Of a DNA stretch of 64,000 bases, positions 38,360 to 48,766 are shown one piece after another (the first letter of the stretch is position 1; every line of letters starts with the position of its first letter). The position numbers and the translations under genes were made by a program. Location: positions 128,001 through 192,000 of the forward strand of contig JBJBCN010000002.1 in NCBI GenBank assembly GCA_047285805.1, given 5' to 3'. This DNA comes from Synechococcus sp. Its GTDB lineage: Bacteria; Cyanobacteriota; Cyanobacteriia; PCC-6307; Cyanobiaceae. Under the pieces are notes generated by a model, which was not told the origin of the DNA, ran no database searches, and saw nothing but the letters and a program-made list of their open reading frames with translations.

Positions 38360-39304
38360 TCAGGAGAGCACGGCCGCCAGTAGGGCCTGCTGGGCGTGCA
38401 GACGGTTTTCGGCTTGATCGAAGATCCGGCTGCTGCTTCCTTCCATGGCGCCGGCGCTGATCTCCAGGCCGCGGTAGGCGGGCAGGCAGTGGAGCACGAT
38501 CGCTTTGGGATCGGCCTCGGCGACCAGCTCCTCATTGAGACACCAGCCGCTGAAGGCTTGCTCCCGCTCGCTCTTCTCCTCTTCTTGGCCCATCGAGGCC
38601 CAGACATCGGTGTATAGGGCATGGGCACCGCGGACGGCTGCAACCGGTTCTTGAATGACCTCGATGCTGCAGCGGTCGCCCGCCAGATCCCGGGCCTGCT
38701 GCAGAACAGCCGCGTCGGGTTCGTAGCCCTTGGGGCAGCCCACGCGGATGTTCACCCCCAGCAGGGCACCGCAGAGCATGAGCGAGTGGGCGACGTTGTT
38801 GCCGTCTCCGACGTAGGAGAGGGTGAGCCCTTCGATCGAGCCGAAGGCTCCCTGCAAAGTCAGGAAATCGGCGAGGGCCTGGCAGGGGTGCTCCAGGTCG
38901 GTCAGGGCATTGATGACCGGAATCGAGGCCCAGTGGGCGTACTCCGCGAGCTCCTCTTGGGCAAACGTGCGGATCGAGAGGGCGTCGACGTAGCGGCTCA
39001 GCACCCGGGCGGTATCCGCGACGGGCTCTCCGCGCCCCACTTGGCTGACCTGGGGATTGAGGTCGATGGTCTGGCCGCCCAGGCGGGCCATGGCCACGCT
39101 GAAGCTGACCCGGGTGCGGGTGGAGGCCTTGCTGAAGATCAGGCCCAGCACTTTCCCGCTCAGGTCCACGCGTGTGCTGCCGGCCTTAAGATCCGCCGCC
39201 AGCTCGAGCACGGCTTGGGTTTGCTCCGCCGTGACATCGGCTGACGAGAGGTAGTCGCGTCCGCTGAGGCCGGCGAGGTAGGGATAGCCGCTGAGTGCAG
39301 CCAT
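38360..39304 (-). CDS. argF: Ornithine carbamoyltransferase
   Basis: STRTRVSF, HPCQ, GDGNNV, HCLP, QAENRLH. Confidence 0.96.
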   Translation of the reverse strand: MAALSGYPYLAGLSGRDYLSSADVTAEQTQAVLELAADLKAGSTRVDLSGKVLGLIFSKASTRTRVSFSVAMARLGGQTIDLNPQVSQVGRGEPVADTARVLSRYVDALSIRTFAQEELAEYAHWASIPVINALTDLEHPCQALADFLTLQGAFGSIEGLTLSYVGDGNNVAHSLMLCGALLGVNIRVGCPKGYEPDAAVLQQARDLAGDRCSIEVIQEPVAAVRGAHALYTDVWASMGQEEEKSEREQAFSGWCLNEELVAEADPKAIVLHCLPAYRGLEISAGAMEGSSSRIFDQAENRLHAQQALLAAVLS

Positions 39305-39365
39305 GGGCCCGTCTTCAAAGAACCCTTATCTGAGATAACGGGCCCCCGCGTCAACCCCTTGCGGA

Positions 39366-41246
39366 TCAAGCGATTGCTTGAGCGTCCTCGGGCATGACGC
39401 TGCTGGCTAGCAGATCCTTGAGATCATCGCCTTCGATCACCTCTTTTTCGAGGATCTGTTGGGAGATGCTCTCCATCAGCTCGCGGTTATGGCGAAGGAT
39501 GGACAGGGCCCGATCATGGGCGCGGTCCACCAGGGTGCGCACCTCCTTGTCGATCGCCTGCGCGGTGGCGTCGCTGACGGAACGGCGCGGGTTGTTGGCG
39601 GCGCCGAGGAAGCGGCTGCCGCCCTGCTTGTCATAGGCGAGGGGGCCAAGGATGTCGCTCATCCCGTAGGTCCCGACCATCTGCTCGGCGATGTCCGTAG
39701 CGCGCTGCAAATCGTTGGCCGCACCGGTGGTGACTGCACCAAAGACGATCTCCTCAGCGCTGCGGCCGCCCAATAGGGTGGCGATCTGTCCCTCGAGGTC
39801 TTCCTTGGAATTCAGGAAGCGCTCTTCGGTGGGCAGCTGCAGGGTGTATCCCAGGGCGGCCATGCCGCGCGGAACGATCGAAATCTTGGCGACCTTGCTG
39901 CCGCCAGGCATCAGGTGGCCAACGATGGCGTGGCCGACCTCGTGATAAGCCACGACCTTCTTTTCGTCGGGCTGGAGCACGCGGCTCTTTTTCTCGAGGC
40001 CAGCCACGACCCGCTCGATTGCCTCATTGAGGTCGACTTGTTCCACACAGGTCCGCTTGGCACGGGCGGCCAGCAGAGCCCCTTCATTGACGAGATTGGC
40101 CAGATCCGCACCGGCGAAGCCACTGGTGGCCTGGGCGATCCGGTCGAGATCAACGCCCGGGGCCAGCTTCACCTTGCGTGCGTAGATGTCGAGGATGGTC
40201 TTGCGGCCGGAGAGGTCTGGGCGGTCTACCAGCACCTGGCGGTCGAAGCGACCGGGACGCAGAAGGGCGGCGTCGAGGGTTTCCGGTTGGTTGGTCGCGG
40301 CCAGGACGATCACCGGCTTGTCCTTGGCGGCAAAGCCATCCATCTCGGTGAGCAGCTGGTTGAGGGTCTGCTCGCGTTCGTCGTTGCCGCCGACGACGCC
40401 CATCGAACCCGCACGGCTCTTGCCGATTGCATCGAGTTCGTCGATGAAAATGATGCAGGGCGCTTTTTTCTTGGCCTCTTCAAAGAGGTCACGCACGCGG
40501 GCTGCACCGGCGCCAACGAAGAGTTCAACGAACTCCGAGCCGCTTATGATGAAGAACGGAACGCCCGCCTCACCGGCTACGGCTTTGGAGAGCAGGGTCT
40601 TTCCGGTGCCGGGAGGGCCCACCAGCAGAACGCCCTTGGGGATGCGGGCGCCGATCGCCGTGTAGCGCTCGGATGACTTCAGGAAGTCGACGATCTCAGT
40701 AAGTTCCTGTTTGGCCTCGTCCACGCCGGCCACGTCGGCAAAGGTGATCCGGGATTCCTCGTCCGGGACATAGACCTTGGCCTTGCTCTTGGTGAAGCTC
40801 AGGGCACCTTGGGCGCCACCCATGGAGCGGCGGGCGAAGAACTGCAGCACCAAGATGAAGATCAAGGGCGGAACGATCCAGCTCAGGGCTGTGGTGATGA
40901 AGCTGGGCTTCTGGGGCGGGGCGGCGGCGAACTCAACGCCGTGTTCCTCGAGCCGCTTCGGCAGATCCATATCGAAGATCGGCGTCGTGGCGAGCACCGA
41001 GGGGGCGTCATCCTCGGGAGGCGCCTTGAGTTCGTAGCGGATCTGCTCTTGGGTGATGTAGGCGCGGCGGACATTGCCGTCGTCCACCTGGCTCACGAAG
41101 AGGGAATAGGGAACCCGGGGCACCTGCTGCATGCCCTGGTTGGGCAGGAAGCTGCTCACGAGCAGCAGCACGCCAAAGCCAATCAGGAGCAGATTGACGA
41201 GGCCGAAGCGCCGGTTCGGGGGCGTGTCGTCCTTGCGGATAGGCAT
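39366..41246 (-). CDS. ftsH: ATP-dependent zinc metalloprotease FtsH
   Basis: [25 protein letters not shown]. Confidence 0.96.
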   Translation of the reverse strand: MPIRKDDTPPNRRFGLVNLLLIGFGVLLLVSSFLPNQGMQQVPRVPYSLFVSQVDDGNVRRAYITQEQIRYELKAPPEDDAPSVLATTPIFDMDLPKRLEEHGVEFAAAPPQKPSFITTALSWIVPPLIFILVLQFFARRSMGGAQGALSFTKSKAKVYVPDEESRITFADVAGVDEAKQELTEIVDFLKSSERYTAIGARIPKGVLLVGPPGTGKTLLSKAVAGEAGVPFFIISGSEFVELFVGAGAARVRDLFEEAKKKAPCIIFIDELDAIGKSRAGSMGVVGGNDEREQTLNQLLTEMDGFAAKDKPVIVLAATNQPETLDAALLRPGRFDRQVLVDRPDLSGRKTILDIYARKVKLAPGVDLDRIAQATSGFAGADLANLVNEGALLAARAKRTCVEQVDLNEAIERVVAGLEKKSRVLQPDEKKVVAYHEVGHAIVGHLMPGGSKVAKISIVPRGMAALGYTLQLPTEERFLNSKEDLEGQIATLLGGRSAEEIVFGAVTTGAANDLQRATDIAEQMVGTYGMSDILGPLAYDKQGGSRFLGAANNPRRSVSDATAQAIDKEVRTLVDRAHDRALSILRHNRELMESISQQILEKEVIEGDDLKDLLASSVMPEDAQAIA

Positions 41247-41329
41247 GCGACGGGTGCGCGTTTGCCCCAAACTAGGCTTGTCTACAGGCCCCAGTGGGGG
41301 GTGAGAACCGAACGGGAGCGCTCCAGGCC

Positions 41330-41977
41330 ATGTGCGGTCGTTACTCCCTGACCTCTCGCCTCGATCAACTCCTCCCCAAGCTCGGCGGCAGCTTGCCCGA
41401 CGGCTTAATGGCCCACTACGCCCCGCGCCCCCTGATCCGCCCCGGAGAACCCGTGCTGGCCCTGCGGCAGGAGCACGGCCAAATCAGTCCTGCTCTGATG
41501 CTCTGGGGTTTGCTGCCGGAGTGGAGCAAGGATCCCTTGAACGGACCCAGGCCCTTCAACGCCCGCTCGGAGACCGTGGCCGAGAAGGCCAGCTTCCGCG
41601 GCGCCTGGCGCCACCGCCGTTGCCTACTGCCGGCCGATGGCTTCTACGAAAAGGGACATCGTCTGGCCCCGCTTGATGGCCGGCCGTTTTGGCTCGCGGG
41701 CATTTGGGACCGCTGGATTGGCCCCGATGGCAGCGAAGTGGAGACCTGCTGCGTGCTCACCACGACCCCCAATGCCCTGGTCGCGCCGCTGCATGACCGG
41801 ATGCCGGTGGTCGTTCCGGAGGGTGTGGAGGAGGCCTGGATGGAGCCCGTGGATGGTCCTGGCCTGCGGGCCCTGGAACCGTTGATGCAGGGCTGGTCGC
41901 CGGAGGGCTGGGCCGCTGAGGCCCCGGTCAAAGCCAAGCCCAAGACCAACACGGAGCAGTTGCCCCTGTTTGGTTGA
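41330..41977 (+). CDS. SOS response-associated peptidase (SRAP/HMCES)
   Basis: MCGRY N-terminus, FNARSET, ADGFYE, HDRMPV. Confidence 0.93.
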   Translation: MCGRYSLTSRLDQLLPKLGGSLPDGLMAHYAPRPLIRPGEPVLALRQEHGQISPALMLWGLLPEWSKDPLNGPRPFNARSETVAEKASFRGAWRHRRCLLPADGFYEKGHRLAPLDGRPFWLAGIWDRWIGPDGSEVETCCVLTTTPNALVAPLHDRMPVVVPEGVEEAWMEPVDGPGLRALEPLMQGWSPEGWAAEAPVKAKPKTNTEQLPLFG

Positions 41978-41992
41978 TCGCCAGACTGGGCC

Positions 41993-42739
41993 ATGGCCTG
42001 CACGAACCAACGCCATCTCGGCTATCGCCTGCTGCTAGCGAATGGCCTGACGGTGATCGGCTGTCTGATGCTCCCCCAGGGCATGCGTCAGTTGTCGACC
42101 TTGGGGTATCTGGCGATGCCCTGGGTCTTGCTGTTCAGCCTGGGGTCGCGGGTGGAGCCCGGCCGCTGGTCGCGGCAGCGCACCCGGGCCTATCGGTTGT
42201 TGGCCGTGCTCACCTTTGCCTCATCCCTGGGCTGGTACTTCACGAGTGCGATGGAAAGCCGTGCGGGCTTCCCTCTTCTCTTTGTCTGGACGCTGTTGGT
42301 GGGCTGGAGCTGCGAGCGCCTGATCCGCAACCTGGCCAAGGAGCGCTCCATCAGCCGTGATGTCCTGATGGGAGCCTTGGCGGGCTATCTGCTGGTGGGC
42401 CTGGCAGCGGGACTGCTGTTTGCGGTGCTGGAGTCGCTGGCGCCGGGCAGCTTTTTGAACACCGTCGCCACGGATGTTTCGCTCCTGCATGGCGCCGCGG
42501 GGCCGGCGCCCAAGATTTTCTCGCTGGATTTTGTCGAGCTCAACTACTACGCCTTCATCACCCTGACGACAACGGGCTATGGCGACATCAGCCCGGTGAC
42601 GCCCCAGAGTCAGATGCTGAGCGTGATGGTGGCGGTCTCCGGCACGATCTATTTGGCCCTGGTGATGGGTCTATTGATCAGCCGCTACACCGTTCAGGAC
42701 GTGGAAGAGGAGATCGCCGAAGAGTTGGAAGACTCCTAG
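41993..42739 (+). CDS. Potassium channel family protein
   Basis: TM helices and YYAFITLTTTGYGDI pore signature. Confidence 0.88.
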   Translation: MACTNQRHLGYRLLLANGLTVIGCLMLPQGMRQLSTLGYLAMPWVLLFSLGSRVEPGRWSRQRTRAYRLLAVLTFASSLGWYFTSAMESRAGFPLLFVWTLLVGWSCERLIRNLAKERSISRDVLMGALAGYLLVGLAAGLLFAVLESLAPGSFLNTVATDVSLLHGAAGPAPKIFSLDFVELNYYAFITLTTTGYGDISPVTPQSQMLSVMVAVSGTIYLALVMGLLISRYTVQDVEEEIAEELEDS

Positions 42740-43818
42740 CTCTGCAGCTCGATCAACCAGTCCTTGCCGAGCGACTGGAGCCGTTGCTGGCCCCATTGCT
42801 CGACTTGGTTGACATCGACCATGCCCAGGTCGCCGAGGGGGGTGCGAGCGGCCAATCCCCCGAGCAGTTTTGGAGCGATCACGCCGGCCACCTGTTGCAC
42901 GCACCCGTACCGCAGGGCGGCGGCGGCGAGCTCCGGGCCGCATTCCCAGAGCACCTGATTGCAGCCCCGCTGGGCTAGTAGTTCCAGGGCGGCCTTGGGT
43001 TGGCAGTCCGGCAGGGCGAGGTGCTCGACCCCCAGGCGATCCAGCTGCTGTTGCTGTTCAGAGGGGACGTCGTTGCCATAAAGCACCAGGGTGGCGGCGT
43101 CGCTTTGGTCCCAGAGCTGGGCCGTGCTGGGCAGATCCAGGCTGCGGCTGAGCACAACCCGCAGCGGTTCAGGGCTGCGCTGCCCGCGACTGGTCAGCAG
43201 GGGATTGTCAGCGCGGAGGGTTCCGCCACCGACAAGGACCGCGTCGCATTGGGCCCGCAGCCGATGGACCCAAGCGCGGGCCGGTGGCCCGGAGATCCAT
43301 TGACTGGAGCCATTGGGCAGGGCGGTGCGGCCATCGAGGCTCATCGCCCACTTCAGGATTCCCCAGGGGCGCCCGGTCTTGACCCGCTGGATGAAGCTGC
43401 GGTTGAGGGCTTCGGCCTCCGCTTCGCAGACCCCGCTGATCACCTCGATGCCGGCGGCCTCGAGTTGGGCGATGCCGCCCCCGGCGACCCGTGGATCGGG
43501 ATCGCGCATGGCGACTACAACGCGGCGAACGCCCGCGGCCATCAGCGCTTCACTGCAGGGGGGCGTACGGCCGTGGTGGCAGCAGGGCTCCAGGGTGACG
43601 ATGGCCGTGCCGCCTTGTGCCCGCGCGCCTGCTTGGCGCAGGGCATGGACTTCCGCGTGGGGTGTGCCGGCTTGGCGGTGAAAGCCCTCCCCGACCAGGG
43701 CCCCGGAGCGATCCAGGACCAGGCAGCCCACCAGCGGGTTGGGGCTCGTGCGTCCGGACCCGAGGGAGGCCAGTTGCAGGGCCCGCTGCATCCAGGGCCG
43801 CCAGGCGCTGTTGCTCAT
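42736..43818 (-). CDS. ribD: Riboflavin biosynthesis deaminase/reductase
   Basis: PNPLVG, HAEV, TLEPCCH..RTPPC, SLDG. Confidence 0.95.
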   Translation of the reverse strand: MSNSAWRPWMQRALQLASLGSGRTSPNPLVGCLVLDRSGALVGEGFHRQAGTPHAEVHALRQAGARAQGGTAIVTLEPCCHHGRTPPCSEALMAAGVRRVVVAMRDPDPRVAGGGIAQLEAAGIEVISGVCEAEAEALNRSFIQRVKTGRPWGILKWAMSLDGRTALPNGSSQWISGPPARAWVHRLRAQCDAVLVGGGTLRADNPLLTSRGQRSPEPLRVVLSRSLDLPSTAQLWDQSDAATLVLYGNDVPSEQQQQLDRLGVEHLALPDCQPKAALELLAQRGCNQVLWECGPELAAAALRYGCVQQVAGVIAPKLLGGLAARTPLGDLGMVDVNQVEQWGQQRLQSLGKDWLIELQS

Positions 43819-44303
43819 CCGGCGTCGCGCCAGCTCGGCAGGCTGCGCCATTCACCCACCACAAAGGGAGGAACGGGCAGTTCCACGAACACCCCCGGGA
43901 GCTCCAGGCGGAGGGGCCGGTTCTGGTGCAGATCGGCCAGGAGGGGATTGAGGTCAAACTCGGCCGCGGCATCACGGCCATCGCTCGCCAGCTTCGGGTT
44001 GGCGGTAGTTATGTCCTCGAGTTTCCAGGTCCCTCGACCGGAGTGCACGATTAGCGAGGTGGGGTGATCGAGCCGCACGCGGCCGGGATAGCCAACGATC
44101 CGCAGGGTCACCGGGCCGCCCGGGGGACCAGAGCGGTAGGCCACCGCCTGCCAGCTCTGGTAGTCCAGATCCCTCAGGCTCTCCAGGCTGCGGACGATCT
44201 CCGTGCCGTTCTCATCGGGGTGCAGGTGCACCTGGGCGTTGGCGGTTTGTAGGGGGAAAACCAGCAAGACCGCAGCCAAGAGGAGACCAAACCAGTGCTT
44301 CAC
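43815..44303 (-). CDS. DUF3122 family protein
   Basis: RSLESLRDLDYQSWQAVAYR, LRIVGYPG; usual ribD neighbour. Confidence 0.8.
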   Translation of the reverse strand: MKHWFGLLLAAVLLVFPLQTANAQVHLHPDENGTEIVRSLESLRDLDYQSWQAVAYRSGPPGGPVTLRIVGYPGRVRLDHPTSLIVHSGRGTWKLEDITTANPKLASDGRDAAAEFDLNPLLADLHQNRPLRLELPGVFVELPVPPFVVGEWRSLPSWRDAG

Positions 44304-44354
44304 CGCAGACGAGCTTTCTTTGCCCCAGCGTAAGAAAGCTGAGTGGGAGAGGAC

Positions 44355-45956
44355 CTAACTGCGGGGCTGGCTCTGAAAGCCGTCGCAGCCGATCGTGCTC
44401 GATCGGGAGACCAGAGCTGTGAGCCGGCCCATGGCCAACGAAGGAGTGTCAAAGCGGTAAGAGACCAATCCCTCATGGTTTGACGTTGGTGAGATCTCCA
44501 GCCCTCCGTAGCGCTGGACGAATCGATCAACGAACTCCGGCTCGATGGATGTTTTCCGGATTATGGCTTCGGGTGCTCCTGCTCGAAGTGCAACTGCGAG
44601 GTCGCTTTTGGAGTAATGCCAGAGCCAGGGGTTGCCATCAGACGCGATCGGCAGAGTTCGGATCTTCCCGCCCGAAAACAGCTCTAACTGAAGGGGGTCA
44701 AGACTCGAGTCGATAAGATAGAAGTGCTGTTGGCCGTCATTGAGTTGAAGAAGATCTGCTTTGGGCTGCCATTGCGAGGCAAGGGTCTGGCTGGCTTGAA
44801 TCGCAGGTAGGCACAGGCTGATGAGGACGACTGCGGCGGTCATTGAAATCCCACTGCGAAGCTCTTTCGAGAGTTTCCAGGCTCTTTCGCTCAGGAATAA
44901 GGCTGAGATAGAAAGCAAGAATGGTGAGATAAGAAGCGGCAGGAGGATGTATTTGACTGAGTTCAGTCTGTGGTCTGAAATGTATGTCAGCGAAGCGATC
45001 GTTAAAGCACTACCGAGGGCGCTCCCCATCAAAAGCTTTGCTGCTTGATGGGATTTGCGGTTTGCAAGGCTCGCGCACAAGCTCGCGGCATAAGCAAGTC
45101 CGCAGAGCAGGAGAAGGGGGCTCCCTTCCTTGGGATCAAGGGAGCTGTGGAGCTTGATTGATTCGGTCAGGATGCTGAGATTTGCTGTCAGCGAGTTTCT
45201 GCACTCGGTTGGGACAGAATTCAGCAAGATGTAACCCAGAAGGCAGCCAAAGGTTGAGGCGAGGCAAAGCCGCAGCCAGTTTTTTCGGGTCGCATGGATC
45301 GTTGTTCGTTTCAGTGTAGCGATTGCAATTGAGAGCGCCGTGAGGGGGGAGAGAAAGGTGATCAGAAAAAAGAGGTTGTTAAAGCAGAAGAGAGCCGCTC
45401 CGCTAATCGTCGCGATGGCTGTAACGCGCCTCCAGGGTTTCTCTGCCTGATAGGCGATCCAGGCCCAGGCGAGAAACGTTGCTGTGACGTTTCCGCCATG
45501 GTGGATCGGCATCGTGGCTAATCCTGCAGTGGCGCCGAACTGCGCAATCCATGCACCAATGCCAACCACTGCGATGGAGCTCAGGAGGCAGGAGCTCCAG
45601 AACGAACGCTTGGTGATTTGGCTGACAAAGAGTGCACCGGAACAGCCCAGCCAGGCCCCATTCAGAACGCTGGAGGTAAACATCCACTGCCTGATGTCAG
45701 TGCGTAGCCCACTCGTGATGAGTGCGTCCAGGTAGTCGGGAAACAGGCTGGGCAGCCTTGAAAACCTCGGGATACTGCCTAGCCCGCCACTGAAGAGCGT
45801 CTGAATTTGCAGGTAAGGCCTTAGATGGTCGCCGATAAAAATCGACTGCGTTTCATTCCAAAACCCACTCGACTCAGAGGCCCAGGCGAGGCTGATGAGT
45901 AGGCCCCCTGCAATCCAGCTCCCGGCCCGGCGGACGTTTGCCCAGGGTCTAACCAC
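44355..45956 (-). CDS. Polytopic membrane protein, possibly GT-C glycosyltransferase-like
   Basis: About 10-12 hydrophobic segments, PSLFPD loop, soluble C-terminal domain; lower GC than its neighbours. Confidence 0.6.
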   Translation of the reverse strand: MVRPWANVRRAGSWIAGGLLISLAWASESSGFWNETQSIFIGDHLRPYLQIQTLFSGGLGSIPRFSRLPSLFPDYLDALITSGLRTDIRQWMFTSSVLNGAWLGCSGALFVSQITKRSFWSSCLLSSIAVVGIGAWIAQFGATAGLATMPIHHGGNVTATFLAWAWIAYQAEKPWRRVTAIATISGAALFCFNNLFFLITFLSPLTALSIAIATLKRTTIHATRKNWLRLCLASTFGCLLGYILLNSVPTECRNSLTANLSILTESIKLHSSLDPKEGSPLLLLCGLAYAASLCASLANRKSHQAAKLLMGSALGSALTIASLTYISDHRLNSVKYILLPLLISPFLLSISALFLSERAWKLSKELRSGISMTAAVVLISLCLPAIQASQTLASQWQPKADLLQLNDGQQHFYLIDSSLDPLQLELFSGGKIRTLPIASDGNPWLWHYSKSDLAVALRAGAPEAIIRKTSIEPEFVDRFVQRYGGLEISPTSNHEGLVSYRFDTPSLAMGRLTALVSRSSTIGCDGFQSQPRS

Positions 45957-48465
45957 TCGCCTCCGCCCCCGGGATCCGCTGCCAATCGGTGTGGGTCGCC
46001 CAGACCCCCCAGAGCGCCATCGCCCGCAGGTAGTGGCAAGCGCGGAAGGTGTTTACCGCCGTGATCGCTTCGGGGGTGCGGAACTGCAGGCCGCCGGAAT
46101 ACACCTGATCGACCACCGCTGAGGTGATCGCCAGGGCGGTCTCGGTCTCGCCCATCAGCCGGAAATAACTGGCGATGCCGAAGTTGATTCCGGTCCAGAC
46201 CTCCAGCGGGTGCGTGCCATTGGGGTCGAGCGGTGTGCCATCGCGGCGGAGTCCATTGGCCACGCCAAGGCTGCCGCCTTCGAATTGTTCGAAGCAGGAC
46301 TCCCGCACGGCGTTCAAGGTGCTGCGGCTGTTGGCCTCGCTCACCACCGGCTCCAGGCCCAGCAGGCGGGCATAGAAGTCACCGCAAAGCTGATCGGCCA
46401 TCACCACGGGCGTCCCGCTTTCGGCATCGATGTCGTAGTACTCGCCGTTCCACAGGAGGGTGTCGAAGTTCCCTCGCGATTGCGCCAGCCAACCGCTGAA
46501 TTCCTGTTGCTCGGCCGAGGTGTCAAGGCCGGTACTCAGTTGCAGCTGCTGGGCGATCGCCAGGGCCGCTTCCAAGGCCGCGATCCAGAGGGCGCCGCAG
46601 TAGGCGCTGACGCCCTTGAGCGGCCAGTCATCAAAGGTCTGATCCGGTGCGCCGCCGTTGTCGGGCAAGCCGTCGTTGTTGATGTCAAAGGTCTTCAGGT
46701 ACCGCAGTGATTCCACGGCCGCCGGCCAGCACTCCGCCAGGAAGCGCAGGTCCTCGCCATTGGGGGCGAGCTTGAAGGTGCGCCAGACCTGCAGCACGTA
46801 ATCACTGGCCAGGTCCTTCCAGAGGTTGCAGTCCTGATAGGCCGTGTAGTTAGTGGCATCCCACGGACGCTCGTTGGGGGCCCCAAGGTCATGGGGAGTG
46901 GCACCCTTGACCTTGCGGGCGGCTTCCACGCGGCCCTTGCCCTGAGTGAAGTACCAACCAATCGGCCGCGGCGTGGCGTCGGCTGCGGGGATCGCCCGTG
47001 CAAAGCTGCGCAGCACCGCCTTGTCGAGCTCCGGCCAGAGCTGCAGTAGTGCCAGGGAGCCATAGAGCCGCACGTCCAGGCTCTCGTACCAGGCGTAGTC
47101 CAGGCACTCCAGGACCCCGAAGCGGCCCACGGGATCTTCGCGGCTGGCGGAACTCCAGAGGCTGCCGCCGCTGCAGAGGTCATAGAGCTCGTTGAAGAGC
47201 GCCATCCGCAGCGGCTCCGGCAGATCGCCGCGCTCCAGCACCGGCTGCTGCCAGGCCTCGATCTGCGCTTTCCACTCGCGCCAGTGGTTTAGGCCGTCTG
47301 AGGCAATGGCGGCCGCGTTCAGGCCGCTGGTCCCAAAGAAATCGGTGTAGCGGCGTAGGGCGCTTGTGCCGGTGGCGAAGGCCGTGACCGGCAGATCCCA
47401 GCTGATGACCACGGGGATCTCGATGCTCTGGCCAGGCTCCAGCCGGCAGCGGACAGCCAGGGCGGCACTGACCGGTTCAGCGGCGCCGCTGCGGCGGTTG
47501 TTGTTGCTTTCGGGGATCGAGCCATCGCGGCTGAAGCTGCCCCAGAGCTCCGAGCCATCACTCGTCGGATTCCAGCGGCTGCAGCGTTGGATGCTTACCC
47601 CGGGCTGCTCGCTGGTGGCGATGCACCATTGGCCCTCGCCTTCGTGCACCGGGCTGGAGATGTCCCCCCCCAGGACGACTCCCTCGCAGTTGCCGTCCTC
47701 GATCCACGCGTTGCGGTGGCCCTCGCTCTTGCCGATGGCCGGGGCGTAGTTGTGCTCCGGGCTGCCGTCATCGCGGAAGTGCACCTCGGCGGAGGAGTCG
47801 GTGTTGGTGAACCAACCGCAGGTGTTCCGCCAGCTCAGCATTAAAGAGAGATCCAGCGGCTGGCTGCTTGGGTTGCGCAGGGTCCAGACGAAAACCGCCA
47901 GCGGATAACTAGTCTGCTGGTAGTTTCCCGGCAGGATCGGGCTGAAGGCCTCGCAGCTGACCTCGGCGTCAAAGACCCCTTCGTAGTGTGTCCAGCTCAG
48001 GGGGTAGCGGGCGGCGTAGGTGCCGGTCTGATTCGTCTCCGTGCTGGCGGGGTACCAATCCCAGCTCTGCAGTGGTGCGTCGGCCTCGGGTCTGGAGGCA
48101 TCGCGGCTGGGCTCGACCGCGAGGGCGTGGGCGCGGCTGCTGGTGCCGTTGCTCTCAAACAGTGAGAACTGGCAATCGGGCAACACCCCGAACCAGTGCT
48201 CACCGCCGTCGAGGTGCCAGAGGTTGAAGGAGCCATCCGGGGCGCGGCCGATACAGCCGGCGCCGAAGCCACCGAGGGGCATGCCGTGGTTCGGCCCGTC
48301 GTCGAGGTTGCTTGCGTAGCGAACCGTGTAGGGCGAGGTCCAGTCCTGACCCAAGGGGCGGCTCCAGCTCGCGGCAGGGGGCTGCCAGGTGGCTGGACGC
48401 GTGGAGCGACGGAGGCCGGTGCGGCGCAGCAGGGACTTCAGGGCGGAGAGGCCGAGGCGCGCCAT
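45949..48465 (-). CDS. GH116 glycoside hydrolase (GBA2-like beta-glucosidase)
   Basis: GMPLGGFGAG, LECLDY, SLDVRLY, PDQTFDDW, EVWTG, FRTPEA. Confidence 0.9.
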   Translation of the reverse strand: MARLGLSALKSLLRRTGLRRSTRPATWQPPAASWSRPLGQDWTSPYTVRYASNLDDGPNHGMPLGGFGAGCIGRAPDGSFNLWHLDGGEHWFGVLPDCQFSLFESNGTSSRAHALAVEPSRDASRPEADAPLQSWDWYPASTETNQTGTYAARYPLSWTHYEGVFDAEVSCEAFSPILPGNYQQTSYPLAVFVWTLRNPSSQPLDLSLMLSWRNTCGWFTNTDSSAEVHFRDDGSPEHNYAPAIGKSEGHRNAWIEDGNCEGVVLGGDISSPVHEGEGQWCIATSEQPGVSIQRCSRWNPTSDGSELWGSFSRDGSIPESNNNRRSGAAEPVSAALAVRCRLEPGQSIEIPVVISWDLPVTAFATGTSALRRYTDFFGTSGLNAAAIASDGLNHWREWKAQIEAWQQPVLERGDLPEPLRMALFNELYDLCSGGSLWSSASREDPVGRFGVLECLDYAWYESLDVRLYGSLALLQLWPELDKAVLRSFARAIPAADATPRPIGWYFTQGKGRVEAARKVKGATPHDLGAPNERPWDATNYTAYQDCNLWKDLASDYVLQVWRTFKLAPNGEDLRFLAECWPAAVESLRYLKTFDINNDGLPDNGGAPDQTFDDWPLKGVSAYCGALWIAALEAALAIAQQLQLSTGLDTSAEQQEFSGWLAQSRGNFDTLLWNGEYYDIDAESGTPVVMADQLCGDFYARLLGLEPVVSEANSRSTLNAVRESCFEQFEGGSLGVANGLRRDGTPLDPNGTHPLEVWTGINFGIASYFRLMGETETALAITSAVVDQVYSGGLQFRTPEAITAVNTFRACHYLRAMALWGVWATHTDWQRIPGAEASG

Positions 48466-48492
48466 GGGGCAGCAAATAGTGCCGCTAGCTTG

Positions 48493-48744
48493 TCAGAGTT
48501 GAGAGGGGTTCGCCCGTTCGTTCGCCTCCTGTTCCACCAGCGCATCGAGGGTCGCCGCGGAACGCACCAGCGCCTGGTAGCGCTGCACCACACGGCGGTT
48601 GCGCTCCAGCCAGCCCGCAGGGTTGCCTTGGGCCACCGCAAGGCTGCCGCTGTTGTCGTCATCGAGCAGATCCAGGTCGCTTTGTTGGACGATCAGCGCC
48701 ACGACAAACTCATGTAGGCGTTGACGGCGATCGGAGGTGTTCAT
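48493..48744 (-). CDS. Conserved hypothetical protein
   Basis: RRQRLHEFVVALI...WLERNRRVVQRYQALVRSA; host-like codon usage. Confidence 0.7.
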   Translation of the reverse strand: MNTSDRRQRLHEFVVALIVQQSDLDLLDDDNSGSLAVAQGNPAGWLERNRRVVQRYQALVRSAATLDALVEQEANERANPSQL

Positions 48745-48766
48745 CGCTCAGCAGCAGAATGCACCC

